Source: a virus
Length of the DNA stretch: 64,000 nt
Reading direction: 5' to 3' (one strand)
Virus record (IMG/VR): IMGVR_UViG_3300037083_000054
Span: 32,001 to 96,000 of that record
This document shows positions 40,654-51,067 of this stretch, piece after piece. Within the stretch, counting starts at the first letter, position 1. The number at the start of each line of letters is the position of its first letter. Both the position numbers and the translations under genes were made by a program. Under the pieces are notes generated by a model. That model was not told the origin of the DNA. It did not search any database and was given only the letters and a program-made list of their open reading frames with translations.

Positions 40654-41766
40654 ATGCCGGAAGTGAAATTGCAGACCAAATCGTTTGCTGAAGCGTTTTC
40701 CCGAGTCTCATCAGTATGCCCGGCTCGCACGACCATGCCGATGCTGAAATCCGTCCTGTTTCAATTTACGCAGGATGGCGGCACATTAATCGCCTCCGAT
40801 TCCGAAATCGGGATTCGCGGCACATTGACGAACATTCAGGCGAGTGAGTCTGGCGAATGCCTCTTGCCAGTCGATCGCATGTCATCAATATTGGGAGCGG
40901 TGGTTGATGATCTCATTACGATCAAAATCACAGACGCGAAGCTGGAAATCAAGTGCGGCTATTCGAAGTTCAACTTGGGGGCCGAAGATCCGAAAGGGTT
41001 CTCGCCGGTCACATGCTTCAATGATCAATTGCCGCATCGAACTGTGCCGTCCGCGAAATTGCGTGATATGATCACGAAAACGGTATTCGCTGTGGATCAA
41101 TCGGCTCAACGACATGCAACTCAAGGATTGTGCGTGGAGGATAATGGAGCGATGCTGACGATCTTCGCGACTGACAAGCGACGGATTGCAGTGATTGGTT
41201 GCGATATGGGATCGACTGGACCGCTGACTCGCGAAGGAAAGTATCCGATCCTGCCGCCGAAAGCATTGCTCGCCGTCAATCGGTTTTTGGGCGATGAAGG
41301 CGAAGTGTCCTTTGTCCAAAACGAGAATCAAAGCCTGTTTCGCTACGGCAATTACACGCTTGTCACGCAGCATATCGTCGGTATCTTTCCGAACTGCCGC
41401 AAGATTATCCCGAGTGAACGATTGCCGCTGACGATCGAAATGGTTTCATCATCACTGATGGCAACGCTCAAGCAGGCGATGGTCATGACGAACGCGGAAT
41501 CATGCGGCGTGAAGTTTCAATTCGCGAATGGAAACCTGAAGATTGATTCGGTCGCAAATGGCGTTGGCGATTCGGCGGTCGAAATGCCCATCAGCTATTC
41601 GGGGGCGGACATCACGATCGCTCTCAATCCGGCGTTCATTGTGGAATACCTGAAAGCGATTGGCGTGGGAGTTCCGTTCACTTGGGAAATGTCGCATGAC
41701 CCCGACAATCTCGTTCAGTTGCGATGTGGTGACTATATCTACTGTGTGGCTCCATTTAACGTATAA
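40654..41766 (+). CDS. dnaN: DNA polymerase III beta sliding clamp
   Basis: P.L.SVL, ASDSEIGI, KTVFAV, ATDKRRIA, G.FPN..KIIP, ALNP.F..E.LKA. Confidence 0.92.
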   Translation: MPEVKLQTKSFAEAFSRVSSVCPARTTMPMLKSVLFQFTQDGGTLIASDSEIGIRGTLTNIQASESGECLLPVDRMSSILGAVVDDLITIKITDAKLEIKCGYSKFNLGAEDPKGFSPVTCFNDQLPHRTVPSAKLRDMITKTVFAVDQSAQRHATQGLCVEDNGAMLTIFATDKRRIAVIGCDMGSTGPLTREGKYPILPPKALLAVNRFLGDEGEVSFVQNENQSLFRYGNYTLVTQHIVGIFPNCRKIIPSERLPLTIEMVSSSLMATLKQAMVMTNAESCGVKFQFANGNLKIDSVANGVGDSAVEMPISYSGADITIALNPAFIVEYLKAIGVGVPFTWEMSHDPDNLVQLRCGDYIYCVAPFNV

Positions 41767-41788
41767 CTCGAAAAGGATTTTATTACAT

Positions 41789-42697
41789 ATGCCAACAGAC
41801 AAATGGGATATCTATCACGGAGATTGTATTCCGCACATGACATTAGAGATGGATGAACGGAGCGTCGATTTCGTAATCAGTTCACCGCCATTTCCGGCGT
41901 TATACGCGTACAGTTCGTCCCCCTCCGATATTGGCAATACTGACACGATGGGATCGGAAGCCAAGGTGCATCTGTCGTTTTTTTATCAAGCGTTATCAAG
42001 GGTCTTAAGGCCCGGACGTGTCGCCTGTATTCATGTGTGCCAGATTCCGCGAATGAAGCGTAGTGGAGGAGTCGGCCTTTGCGATTTCCGTGGTATCAAT
42101 ATTCGACTCGCCGAGCGGGCAGGATTGATTTACGAGTATGATTGGTGCATCACAAAAAATCCTCAAGCCCAGGCCATTCGTACACGATCTAGAGAACTAC
42201 AATTCGCCGGGTTGGAATCGGATCGAGCGAAACAACGCGGGGCACTTGCTGACTATCTGATTAAATTTCGCAGTCCTGGCGAGAACAAGATTCCGGTTGT
42301 CGGCCATAATCAGGTGACTCGCAACGAATGGATTGATTGGGCCGAAGCTGCATGGACAGGGATTCGAGAGACGGACACGTTGAATGCCAAAGAAGGCAAA
42401 GGCGACGATGACACGAAGCATATTTGTCCGTTCTCATTGCCATTAGTCGATCGCTGCATTCGTCTGTTCTCGAATCCAGGCGAAAAAGTTTTCGATCCAT
42501 TCACCGGCATCGGCAGTGTTGGATATGTGTCAATCAAACTGGGTCGCACATTTTATGGATGCGAACTGAAGCCAGAATATCATCGTGCCGCGTGTGCGAA
42601 TCTCGAAAAGATCGAGAACGAAATTCATTTCAGTAAACAGAGAAACATTTTCGAAGACAGCGATCTCGCGGAAGGTGAAAATGAAACTACGCTTTGA
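41789..42697 (+). CDS. N4/N6 DNA methyltransferase (beta class)
   Basis: SPPF catalytic motif before HICP and DPFTGIGS; GCELKPEY. Confidence 0.9.
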   Translation: MPTDKWDIYHGDCIPHMTLEMDERSVDFVISSPPFPALYAYSSSPSDIGNTDTMGSEAKVHLSFFYQALSRVLRPGRVACIHVCQIPRMKRSGGVGLCDFRGINIRLAERAGLIYEYDWCITKNPQAQAIRTRSRELQFAGLESDRAKQRGALADYLIKFRSPGENKIPVVGHNQVTRNEWIDWAEAAWTGIRETDTLNAKEGKGDDDTKHICPFSLPLVDRCIRLFSNPGEKVFDPFTGIGSVGYVSIKLGRTFYGCELKPEYHRAACANLEKIENEIHFSKQRNIFEDSDLAEGENETTL

Positions 42698-44156
42698 CTC
42701 TCATTCAATGAGTTCGTATGAGCAATTCTTGAAGCTCAAGTCCATTCCGAAATATGGCTGGGACGGACATGCGGCTGTCATTCCTGATGAATATGCGTCA
42801 CTGTTCCATACGGACGCTCCGGTGATTCACAAGTCGGATTATGTGCCATCGGATTTTCTGTTTGACTATCAACGCGATATTGCGGCAATGGCCATCCAGA
42901 AGCAGAAGTTCTCGGTGTTTGCTGAGTGTGGTTTGGGAAAAACGCTAATTCTTATGGAAATGGCGAAGCATACGCACCGCATCGGCAACAAAACGCTAAT
43001 TGTCTCGCCGCTGATGGTGGTGGATCAGACGCTCGGCGAGGCCGCGAAATTCTATCCGTCGCTTCCGATTGAACAAGTTCGATCTGCTAACTTGCAACAA
43101 TGGCTTGATGCTCCAGTCACAGCTAAGACGCCAATTGGCATTACGAACTATGAGTCGATTCGAGATGATTTATCAATCGGGAATGCAGGGGCACTCCTCT
43201 TGGATGAAAGTAGTTTACTGAAATCGGCCTACGGATCGTGGGGCACTCGCTTAATCGAGATGGGCCGATGTCTTCATTGGAAGGCGTGCTTTACAGGAAC
43301 ACCAGCCCCGAATGATCAAATCGAATATGCGAACCATTCGATCTTCATGAACCATAAGAAAACTGTGAACGAATTCTTGGCGTCCTATTTCATCAATCGC
43401 GGACAGACTTCCGAGCGTTGGGAGCTAAAACGACACGCGGTCAGTAAGTTTTACCGCGACTTATCTCACTGGTGCATTTTCCTCAATAACCCGGCAACGT
43501 ATGGATGGAAAGACAACTGTTCAACAATCCCGCCCATCCATGTTCACATTGAGCAAATCGAATTGACCGACGAGCAGCGTAAATTGTCACAAAAGCTGAC
43601 TGGAAACATTTTCGCTGGCAACATCGGCGGAATCGGGATGCGAGGAAAGCTGTCCCAAATCTCGAAGGGGAAAGGCGGAATTTCGACGAACAAGCCGCAG
43701 TTCATTCGCAATCTTGTCGATTCGTGGCCAGAAGAATCGACAATCATCTGGTGTCATTATAATGACGAGCAAAAGATCATGGAGAGAACCTTTCCAGAAG
43801 CCGCGTCGATTACCGGCGATACTCCCATTGAAGATCGCATGCGACTGATCGCAGATTTCAAAGCGGGTCGCGTGAAACAATTAATCACGAAGGCAAAGAT
43901 TCTTGGATTCGGCCAGAATCTTCAGATTGCCACGCGGCAAGTCTTCTCAGGAATTTCCGATAGTTACGAAATGTACTGGCAAGCAGTTAAGCGATCAAAC
44001 CGCATTGGCTCAAAGCTCCCTCTCAATGTGCATATTCCCGTGACTGAACTGGAGGAGCCAATGGTTCAGAATGTCTTGAGAAAGGCCAAGCGAATTCAGC
44101 GGGATACTGAGGAGCAAGAAAAGCTGTTTCGCGAAAAGCGATTCCAATTTTCGTGA
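42681..44156 (+). CDS. SNF2/DEAD-like helicase
   Basis: LFDYQ, GLGKT, LDESS, TGTPAPN, FGQNLQ, QAVKRSNRIG. Confidence 0.9.
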   Translation: MKLRFDSHSMSSYEQFLKLKSIPKYGWDGHAAVIPDEYASLFHTDAPVIHKSDYVPSDFLFDYQRDIAAMAIQKQKFSVFAECGLGKTLILMEMAKHTHRIGNKTLIVSPLMVVDQTLGEAAKFYPSLPIEQVRSANLQQWLDAPVTAKTPIGITNYESIRDDLSIGNAGALLLDESSLLKSAYGSWGTRLIEMGRCLHWKACFTGTPAPNDQIEYANHSIFMNHKKTVNEFLASYFINRGQTSERWELKRHAVSKFYRDLSHWCIFLNNPATYGWKDNCSTIPPIHVHIEQIELTDEQRKLSQKLTGNIFAGNIGGIGMRGKLSQISKGKGGISTNKPQFIRNLVDSWPEESTIIWCHYNDEQKIMERTFPEAASITGDTPIEDRMRLIADFKAGRVKQLITKAKILGFGQNLQIATRQVFSGISDSYEMYWQAVKRSNRIGSKLPLNVHIPVTELEEPMVQNVLRKAKRIQRDTEEQEKLFREKRFQFS

Positions 44157-44213
44157 TCCGCACGCCATCAATTCACGTTCAGCAATCAGCCAGCGATTTT
44201 TTAGGGGAAAGTC

Positions 44214-45032
44214 ATGTCCACATTCGGCAATAGGTTTAATGAGTCGTCGCCGTTTCCTGATGGTCAACCGCATTTGATGATCGAGGAATTCGATGACGGA
44301 TTGCCGGTCATCAAATGTCGCATCGTCTCCGGTGACGACTTGATTCGCGTTGGGATGGCCGTCGATGTGTTTCGGCATCAGGGACGAAATCCGCTGTTGT
44401 CGATCTATTATCTGATGGGAAGCCGCATGGATCGGCGACTCTCTGATCAGGAGCCATATACCCTGAAGGTTGTTTGTAATTTCATTAATGCCTTGGATGT
44501 CCATGCCGTGCGTGTATTTGTTCCGCATTCGTCGGCCACATCGGATTTGTTAGGCAAGTTCCGCGACTGGAATCCAGAATATGAACGAGGATTCTATGAG
44601 CAAGGGATTTTGCAGTCTTGTGCCTTTACTCGTCTCTCATCAGCGACATCAATGTCACTCGTCTTCCCTGACGCGGGAGCAACGAAGCGATTTGTGAAAA
44701 TGGGAATCGCCAATCTCTTTTCAGAGGCTCCAATCGTCACGCTCTACAAGGATCGCGACGAACGCACAGGCAAGATTCACGGCACGAAATTGCTCAATGG
44801 CGAAGTTCGAAAACATTGCGTCATCGTCGATGATCTGTGCGACGGTGGAGCGACATTCAAAGGGGCGGCGGAATGTTTGAAATCGCATGGAGCGGAGACA
44901 GTCAGTCTTGTCGTCGCTCATGGGGTCTTTTCAAAGGGCGAGTCGATTGACGGCATTGACTGCATCTCGACGAGCAATTCATTTTGCGAGCGAGAGAATC
45001 GTGATGGGTTTTATGTTCAGAAGGTATTTTGA
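44214..45032 (+). CDS. PRPP-synthetase-like protein (Adps-like, NARP1)
   Basis: FPDGQ, R.DR, PHS, PDAGA, VDDLCDGGATF, HGVFSKG; directly upstream of a NAMPT-like gene. Confidence 0.85.
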   Translation: MSTFGNRFNESSPFPDGQPHLMIEEFDDGLPVIKCRIVSGDDLIRVGMAVDVFRHQGRNPLLSIYYLMGSRMDRRLSDQEPYTLKVVCNFINALDVHAVRVFVPHSSATSDLLGKFRDWNPEYERGFYEQGILQSCAFTRLSSATSMSLVFPDAGATKRFVKMGIANLFSEAPIVTLYKDRDERTGKIHGTKLLNGEVRKHCVIVDDLCDGGATFKGAAECLKSHGAETVSLVVAHGVFSKGESIDGIDCISTSNSFCERENRDGFYVQKVF

Positions 45033-45046
45033 TAAGGGCTGAATGA

Positions 45047-46573
45047 ATGTCGTTCAAGATGAATCCGCTTTTTGCGACGGATGCGTATAAAATTGGTCAT
45101 CATTCGATGACGCCGACTGGCACGCAGTACATTTACTCCAATCTCACACCCCGTAAATCGCGAGTGACGGGACAGAATGAAGTGGTCGTGTTCGGTCTTC
45201 AGTATTTCCTTCAGGAGTATCTGATTGACCGATTCAACGAAGAGTTCTTCTCTCGTCCGCTGGGCAAACTGATTGATGAGTATCAATCAACAATGGATTC
45301 CTACCTCGGATTCGGAGCGGTCACAACGGATCATATCGCCGCATTGCACGAGTTGGGCTATTTGCCGCTTCTCATCAAGTCCTTACCGGAAGGAACGCTC
45401 TGCCCGATCAAAGTGCCGATGCTGACGATCGTGAATACGCATCCCGATTTCCCGTGGCTGACGAATTATCTCGAAACCATCATGTCAGCCTGTCTGTGGC
45501 AACCCTGCACGTCAGCAACCACGGCTTATCAGTTTCGAAAACGATTCGACAGAGCCTCCGAAGAATCAGGGCTTGACGTGTCGTTTAACAAATTCATGGG
45601 ACATGATTTCTCGTTTCGCGGGATGTCGTCGCTCGAATCGGCGATGCTGTCGGGAGCGGGGCATCTGACGTCATTCGTTGGAACGGATACGATTCCCGCA
45701 GTCAAATTCATTGAGCGATATTATCCAGGTAACAATGGATTGATCGGAGCGAGCGTATTTGCCACGGAGCACAGCATTGCGTGCCTGCTGTCAGACGACT
45801 TCGCTCGCAAGATTGTTCCGACAGGTGAGTCCGGAGAAAATCTCTTGGCTCGCGGAGAGATCGAGCATGTCCGCTATCTCATTACCGAAGTCTATCCGAA
45901 AGGAATCGTGTCGATCGTTTCGGATACATGGGACTTCTGGTCTCTGATCACTGTCGGCATGAGAGAATTGCGTGGCGACATTCTCGCTCGTGACGGCAAA
46001 GTCGTGTCTCGCCCTGATAGCGGCGATCCCGTCAAAATCATTTGTGGTGACCGCGATGCGAAGATCGACTCTCCAGAGTTCAAAGGGGCGGTCGAATGCC
46101 TCTGGGACATCTTCGGCGGTTCATGGACGAACAAGGGATATCGAATGCTCGATCCTCATGTGGGAGCGATCTATGGCGATTCCATCAATCTCGAACGCCA
46201 AGATCAAATCATCAATGGCCTGATGAAGAAAGGATTCGCTCCAGAAACAGTCCTTGGCATCGGATCGTACTCCTATCAGTTCGTGACTCGCGACACATTC
46301 GGATTCGCCATGAAAGCGACATGGGGCCAAGTGAACGGCGAACCTCGCGAAATCTATAAAGATCCGAAAACCGACAAGGGCAGCGAAAAGAAATCCGCCA
46401 AAGGATTGTTGGCCGTCTATCTCGATGACTTTGGCAAGATGCGATTGTACGATCAATGCACGAGGCAACAGGAACGCGGCGGAATGTTGACGCCTGTTTT
46501 TGAAGACGGCAAGATCTTGCGTACAGACTCGTTGGCGGATATTCGGTATCGGTTGCATGGGGATAATTTCTGA
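45047..46573 (+). CDS. nicotinamide phosphoribosyltransferase-like protein (Namat-like, NARP1)
   Basis: TDAYKIGH, HDFSFRG, ATEHS, SIVSDTWD, RPDSGDP, IYGDSI, KKSAKG. Confidence 0.92.
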   Translation: MSFKMNPLFATDAYKIGHHSMTPTGTQYIYSNLTPRKSRVTGQNEVVVFGLQYFLQEYLIDRFNEEFFSRPLGKLIDEYQSTMDSYLGFGAVTTDHIAALHELGYLPLLIKSLPEGTLCPIKVPMLTIVNTHPDFPWLTNYLETIMSACLWQPCTSATTAYQFRKRFDRASEESGLDVSFNKFMGHDFSFRGMSSLESAMLSGAGHLTSFVGTDTIPAVKFIERYYPGNNGLIGASVFATEHSIACLLSDDFARKIVPTGESGENLLARGEIEHVRYLITEVYPKGIVSIVSDTWDFWSLITVGMRELRGDILARDGKVVSRPDSGDPVKIICGDRDAKIDSPEFKGAVECLWDIFGGSWTNKGYRMLDPHVGAIYGDSINLERQDQIINGLMKKGFAPETVLGIGSYSYQFVTRDTFGFAMKATWGQVNGEPREIYKDPKTDKGSEKKSAKGLLAVYLDDFGKMRLYDQCTRQQERGGMLTPVFEDGKILRTDSLADIRYRLHGDNF

Positions 46574-46929
46574 TGAGATCGAAACTTCATTCGCAGCTTG
46601 AACCTATGCGAGTTCAGTATCCGAAGTATGAATCGCCGATCGGCGCCGATTACGGGATGTTCGAGTGCTCCTATAAAGGCCAACGACTTCGAATGATGTC
46701 GAGCGGATCGACAAATGGCCAATGGGAGTATGTTTCTGTCTCGGCTCCCGACCGTTGTCCGACATGGGAAGAAATGTGCTTTGTGAAAGATCTGTTCTGG
46801 AGTGGCAGCGAAACGGTGATCCAGTTCCATCCGAAGAAATCGGAGTATGTGAACACTCACGAGAACTGTCTCCATTTATGGAAACGAGTCGGTGTTGACG
46901 AGAAGTTGCCGCCGCAGAATTTCGTTTAA
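46573..46929 (+). CDS. conserved phage hypothetical protein
   Basis: WEYVSVS..RCPTWEEMC.VKDLFW...HP..SEYVN.H..CLHLW. Confidence 0.75.
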   Translation: MRSKLHSQLEPMRVQYPKYESPIGADYGMFECSYKGQRLRMMSSGSTNGQWEYVSVSAPDRCPTWEEMCFVKDLFWSGSETVIQFHPKKSEYVNTHENCLHLWKRVGVDEKLPPQNFV

Positions 46930-46944
46930 TTGAAAGATTATTGA

Positions 46945-47745
46945 ATGCCAACGAATTTCGAATTAGTCCGCGAGTTCCATGAAAAGTTCCATGTTGCGAT
47001 TGAGGCCGAGCCAACGTTTCCGAGTCAGGCGATTCGCGACTTGCGGTTCGAATTGATTCAAGAGGAATTAGGTGAACTCGAAGTCGCTGATGGAAACGAT
47101 GATCTGATCGAAGTGGCCGATGCGTTGACGGATCTTCTGTATGTCATCTACGGCATGGGGCACGCCTACGGAATCAATCTCGATGATTGCTTCCGAGAAG
47201 TGCATGCGTCGAATATGTCGAAACTTGGCCACGACGGAAAGCCGATCTTGCGAGCGGACGGCAAGATTATGAAGGGGCCGAACTTTCGATTGCCGGACCT
47301 TCAGCGAGTTCTCTTTCATCCAATTCCGCCGTATGTCGATCGAGACGAAAACGGCCAGATGTTTCTTGTCGATCCTGTCGGATTCGCAGTAGCAACGACG
47401 GTTGCAAAGCACAATTGCAAAAAGACACTGGAACTGAACGCCGAGCGAGCGGAGCATTTCCGACAGCGTGCGATTGATCTTGGGAAAAGCAATGAGGAAG
47501 TGGTGGTCTTGATTGCCAATGCGGATGACAAATATGGAGCGGATATTCTGCGTCTTGCGATGCCGGGTTATGACTTTCAGGCGATTCGTGATCGAGGCGA
47601 GGTTCCGTTCGGTCGCGGGCTATGTTCAAGGGAGGGAGTCCAAGACTTTCTCGAATTGATGGATGATGCGGCATTCCAAAAGCTTTCCAAATTTGATGGA
47701 CTTGCAGTTGTTGTCGTTGATCATGGTGTGGCCGATGTGTTTTGA
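46945..47745 (+). CDS. MazG-like NTP pyrophosphohydrolase with C-terminal extension
   Basis: VREFH, LIQEELGEL, VADALTDLLYV, EVHASNMSK, DGKIMKG. Confidence 0.88.
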   Translation: MPTNFELVREFHEKFHVAIEAEPTFPSQAIRDLRFELIQEELGELEVADGNDDLIEVADALTDLLYVIYGMGHAYGINLDDCFREVHASNMSKLGHDGKPILRADGKIMKGPNFRLPDLQRVLFHPIPPYVDRDENGQMFLVDPVGFAVATTVAKHNCKKTLELNAERAEHFRQRAIDLGKSNEEVVVLIANADDKYGADILRLAMPGYDFQAIRDRGEVPFGRGLCSREGVQDFLELMDDAAFQKLSKFDGLAVVVVDHGVADVF

Positions 47746-47754
47746 AAGAGTGGG

Positions 47755-48456
47755 ATGATCAAATACGAAGATTCCGCTGGCTATAAACTAGAACGCGAAG
47801 TTCGCCAGCTGATGGATAAACGATTTGCCTCGTTCCAAGTTCAGGAACGATTGCGGAGCGGAATCTATCGCTCGTGGTACTGTGCCGAGCCGGGTCAGTG
47901 GGATTGTTCGTTCACGATCACAACAATTCCAGGTCGGTTGATTATGACTGGCGATTTGGGATCACTGATTGTCGAGCGATGTTACGACATGCTCCCGTGG
48001 TGTCGCGGCTCCTGCGAATCGACTGGATACTTCGCCGAGAAAGTTCCGCGAGAGATGCCGACAACCGAGTTCTCTGAGGATGTTCTCAGGGAATGGATTC
48101 AGGATGAGATTGAGGAGCTTGAAGAAGCTAAGGCTAGTTGGGATGAAGAATCTGATCCGACAGGAAATCATGTCGATGAGATAGCGTCCAAAATCGAACT
48201 GTTGCAGGAAACTCTCGAATGGGACATGGAAAACGGGGAAGCCTATTTCGCCAGAAAACTCGAAGATGTCTGGCAAGGAAATGACTATCCAAACTGGCGC
48301 GTCTGGAAACGTCAATTCCTCGTGCAGCGAGAAGCGATTCGTTGGTTCGCGATGAACCATAGCGAACCAGAAATTAGAGATCCCGATCGCATTGAGCGAT
48401 CAGCCGTTCGTGTTCCGGCATCTGAACACAAAACAACAGAAGGAACCGAATTATGA
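47755..48456 (+). CDS. conserved phage hypothetical protein
   Basis: F.I...PG.L.MTGD.G, YFAEK. Confidence 0.65.
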   Translation: MIKYEDSAGYKLEREVRQLMDKRFASFQVQERLRSGIYRSWYCAEPGQWDCSFTITTIPGRLIMTGDLGSLIVERCYDMLPWCRGSCESTGYFAEKVPREMPTTEFSEDVLREWIQDEIEELEEAKASWDEESDPTGNHVDEIASKIELLQETLEWDMENGEAYFARKLEDVWQGNDYPNWRVWKRQFLVQREAIRWFAMNHSEPEIRDPDRIERSAVRVPASEHKTTEGTEL

Positions 48457-49580
48457 AGCAAACATCAGGTCACTCGAACCATCGGAAAGGATTCACGCTC
48501 ATCGAGCTATTGGTGGTGATTTCGATCATCGCCGTTTTAGTCTCATTAGTCGCACCGGCGGTCCAGGCGGCACGGCGTGCGGCACGGCGAATCGAATGTC
48601 TCAACAACATGCGAAACGTGGCTCTGTCGATTCAGAATTTTTCCGTAGTGCAAAACGGAACATTGCCATCGCTCACGATGGATCTGCCCGACTTCAATGG
48701 TCAGCTGACTGTCTATGAAACATCGTGGGCCGTGCAATTGTTACCGGGACTCGATCAGTCGAATTTGTACAAAAGTCTGCGAAACAATGTGGTCGCGAGC
48801 GGAACAACAGGAGCGGGCATCTACTCGACGGCGGATCTGATTTGGTTGCCGGTGTTTACGTGTCCGGAAGACAATGATTCCTATCGCCAAGTCGGCGGCT
48901 TGAGCTACGTCGTCAACTCGGGGTTTATTCCCGATACGATTTGGGGCACGACCGAAGTCTATGCGTCTGGCGGACCATTCCTGCAACCGTATTTGATCGA
49001 CTGGGACGCCAATGGTGTCTACTCACTCGATGGTGTGACGATGAACGGAACGCCTCCCCATTTGGATACCGCCGATCTGTCCATCCAGATCTCGACAGGT
49101 GTCTTCACGCGGCAAAATACCTACTACACGCCAACGATTGACGCGTTGTCGATTGGAGACGGTTCAGGCAATACGCTGCTAGTGACGGAGAACGCGAATG
49201 CAGGGCCTTGGAATGCCAGTCGCGATTCCTTGAGCGGATATGGCGTGAATTATTTGGGATTCGGTTGTCGCATCCCGACCTCGTCGATGGTTCCGAGTCC
49301 CGCGTTATTCACCAGCACTTCGCTGCCATTGCAAACGACTGCTGGATTTTCCAATGAGACGACCAATCCAGGATCTTACACAATCAATCGTAATCTTGCC
49401 GCCGCCGTCGGGACTGCACCTCGACCGAGTTCATGGCACACAGGCGGCGTGAATGTGATGTTCGGTGATTCGCATGGTCAGTTTCTGAATGAGGGAATTG
49501 ACCGACAGGTTTATGCGAAACTCTGCACGAGCAATGGCGGGACGTTTGGTGAAACGACTTTGAACAATGCGAGTTACTGA
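48453..49580 (+). CDS. DUF1559 prepilin-type N-terminal cleavage/methylation protein
   Basis: [45 protein letters not shown]9-D(G/S) motif [13 protein letters not shown]. Confidence 0.92.
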   Translation: MKQTSGHSNHRKGFTLIELLVVISIIAVLVSLVAPAVQAARRAARRIECLNNMRNVALSIQNFSVVQNGTLPSLTMDLPDFNGQLTVYETSWAVQLLPGLDQSNLYKSLRNNVVASGTTGAGIYSTADLIWLPVFTCPEDNDSYRQVGGLSYVVNSGFIPDTIWGTTEVYASGGPFLQPYLIDWDANGVYSLDGVTMNGTPPHLDTADLSIQISTGVFTRQNTYYTPTIDALSIGDGSGNTLLVTENANAGPWNASRDSLSGYGVNYLGFGCRIPTSSMVPSPALFTSTSLPLQTTAGFSNETTNPGSYTINRNLAAAVGTAPRPSSWHTGGVNVMFGDSHGQFLNEGIDRQVYAKLCTSNGGTFGETTLNNASY

Positions 49581-49583
49581 ACC

Positions 49584-49868
49584 ATGAAATCAAAGCAAGT
49601 GCTCGACATTCCGATGGAAGAAAACGACGCTGGAGCGGAAACAATCCGTGGCTATTTAAAGGCGTTGCTGGCGAGTGTCTGGATCGAAGAGGAAGGATTC
49701 AGCGGTAAGCGGCCCTTCGGAAATAGTGGATGGAAAAACGATGTTTGCATCGCACTCGTGAAAGCGGGTGCTGTCGCAGGCAAGTTTGATCATAATGGTT
49801 ATTTGGAGGAATGCGATCGGGAGAAAGCGGATCAGATTATTCTGGACGCCATCGAGGAGTTGCAATGA
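49584..49868 (+). CDS. conserved phage hypothetical protein
   Basis: EGFSGKRPFGNSGW motif. Confidence 0.7.
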   Translation: MKSKQVLDIPMEENDAGAETIRGYLKALLASVWIEEEGFSGKRPFGNSGWKNDVCIALVKAGAVAGKFDHNGYLEECDREKADQIILDAIEELQ

Positions 49869-50272
49869 ATCGACCGCCAAAACCGGAGTATATGTGCCCG
49901 CATTGCGGAGAGATCTTCAAAATGCGATCGGATGCTTTGATTCCGACGCATGATTTTCCCAAACCGTGCCGATCGGTTTGTCCAGGATCGGGTCAGTATC
50001 CTCGCAATCCAAAAACGGATCGCAGGCCGCTTTGGAAGGATGAGGAAAAAGAGGAATCGGAGATATTGCAAGACAACATTGCAATTCTTCGCAACTGGGC
50101 GATTGGAAATCCCGTTGAGGAAGTCCGTGCCGAAGCAGCGAAGGCCGGATGGACCTGTCGCGTTCGCAACGCCGATGGAAAGAGCATGATCGGAACGTGC
50201 GATTTCGTGACTAACCGTTTCAATGTGACTGTTGAAAATGGATTGATCGTTTCTGTCGATGGAATCGGGTAA
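49865..50272 (+). CDS. Zn-finger fused to peptidase inhibitor I78-like domain
   Basis: CPHC..H..CPGSG; C-terminal RV....IGTCDFVTNRFNVTVENGLIVSVDGIG. Confidence 0.6.
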   Translation: MNRPPKPEYMCPHCGEIFKMRSDALIPTHDFPKPCRSVCPGSGQYPRNPKTDRRPLWKDEEKEESEILQDNIAILRNWAIGNPVEEVRAEAAKAGWTCRVRNADGKSMIGTCDFVTNRFNVTVENGLIVSVDGIG

Positions 50273-50296
50273 AATAACTGTACAACAACTGTACGA

Positions 50297-50314
50297 TAAA
50301 TAAGCCGCTTATTT
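50297..50314. repeat. palindrome, copy 3
   Basis: TAAATAAGCCGCTTATTT. Confidence 0.88.
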
Positions 50315-50354
50315 TATCAAGTTTGGGAATTCCGATATTTTGTGGATTGATTCG

Positions 50355-50388
50355 TTGACGCGATACGATATCACAATTATGATATAGT
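50355..50388 (+). promoter_or_regulatory. sigma70-like promoter TTGACG-17-TATGAT with ATATCA-N6-TGATAT
   Basis: Paralogous to 5016-5048. Confidence 0.7.
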
Positions 50389-50423
50389 TGTGTTGAACGC
50401 AGTCCAAATCAGGAATCAAGCAA

Positions 50424-50690
50424 ATGTCTGTTTTTTACTTTGTCGCTGGCGAACAACTGATTCGTTCGGAGTCAATTTCCATTCTTGATGCCTGGATGCT
50501 GCTTGAGCAGCGAGCAAAGCATTGCTATCCCGTCGCTCGTGAGTTTAGAGAGTTACCAATAGCGGGGACAGATTGCGATGGCAATGTGCTTGCCACTCGA
50601 TCATGGCAGGGATGGCACGATGCTGTTCTGGAAGATACCTATGGAAGCAATTGGCGAGAAGTTCTAGATCACGCCTCATCCCTCATGTAA
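50424..50690 (+). CDS. hypothetical protein
   Basis: CAGGA RBS; first gene after the promoter. Confidence 0.6.
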   Translation: MSVFYFVAGEQLIRSESISILDAWMLLEQRAKHCYPVAREFRELPIAGTDCDGNVLATRSWQGWHDAVLEDTYGSNWREVLDHASSLM

Positions 50691-51067
50691 TAAGAATCAA
50701 AAATGACGCCAGCACAAACCAAAGCCGCTCTGAAGCTCTATGTGGACTACAAAACGGACACTCGTGCGTATCGCGAAATCGCAGATGCTCTCGGCATTCC
50801 GACGACAGAATTGAATCGCCGAATGTGGCACGTCTCGCGAAATCGGAACTATTAATCAGGAGCCATTGCAATGTTGGCCACTATCAAGACGCTAAATCCT
50901 GTTCGTGCTCTCGTTCGCCGCAATCATCGCGACGAATTGATTCAGATTCCATCAGAGGCAAAGCAGCCCGAACTGCGGAAGCTGTATTCCGACCTGCGTC
51001 TCGGCGAGAGAGTCATTGTCAGTCGCCGCACGAACAGTCCTTATTTGATCTTGGAAGGAAGGGCGTG

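Noticed and set aside
41789-44156. Methylase + helicase as a restriction/defence system
   Set aside because: A common phage gene pair; no nuclease motif recognised.
50573-51067. 5' part of the 262-aa ORF
   Set aside because: It overlaps smaller RBS-bearing ORFs in other frames; the likely start is 51068.
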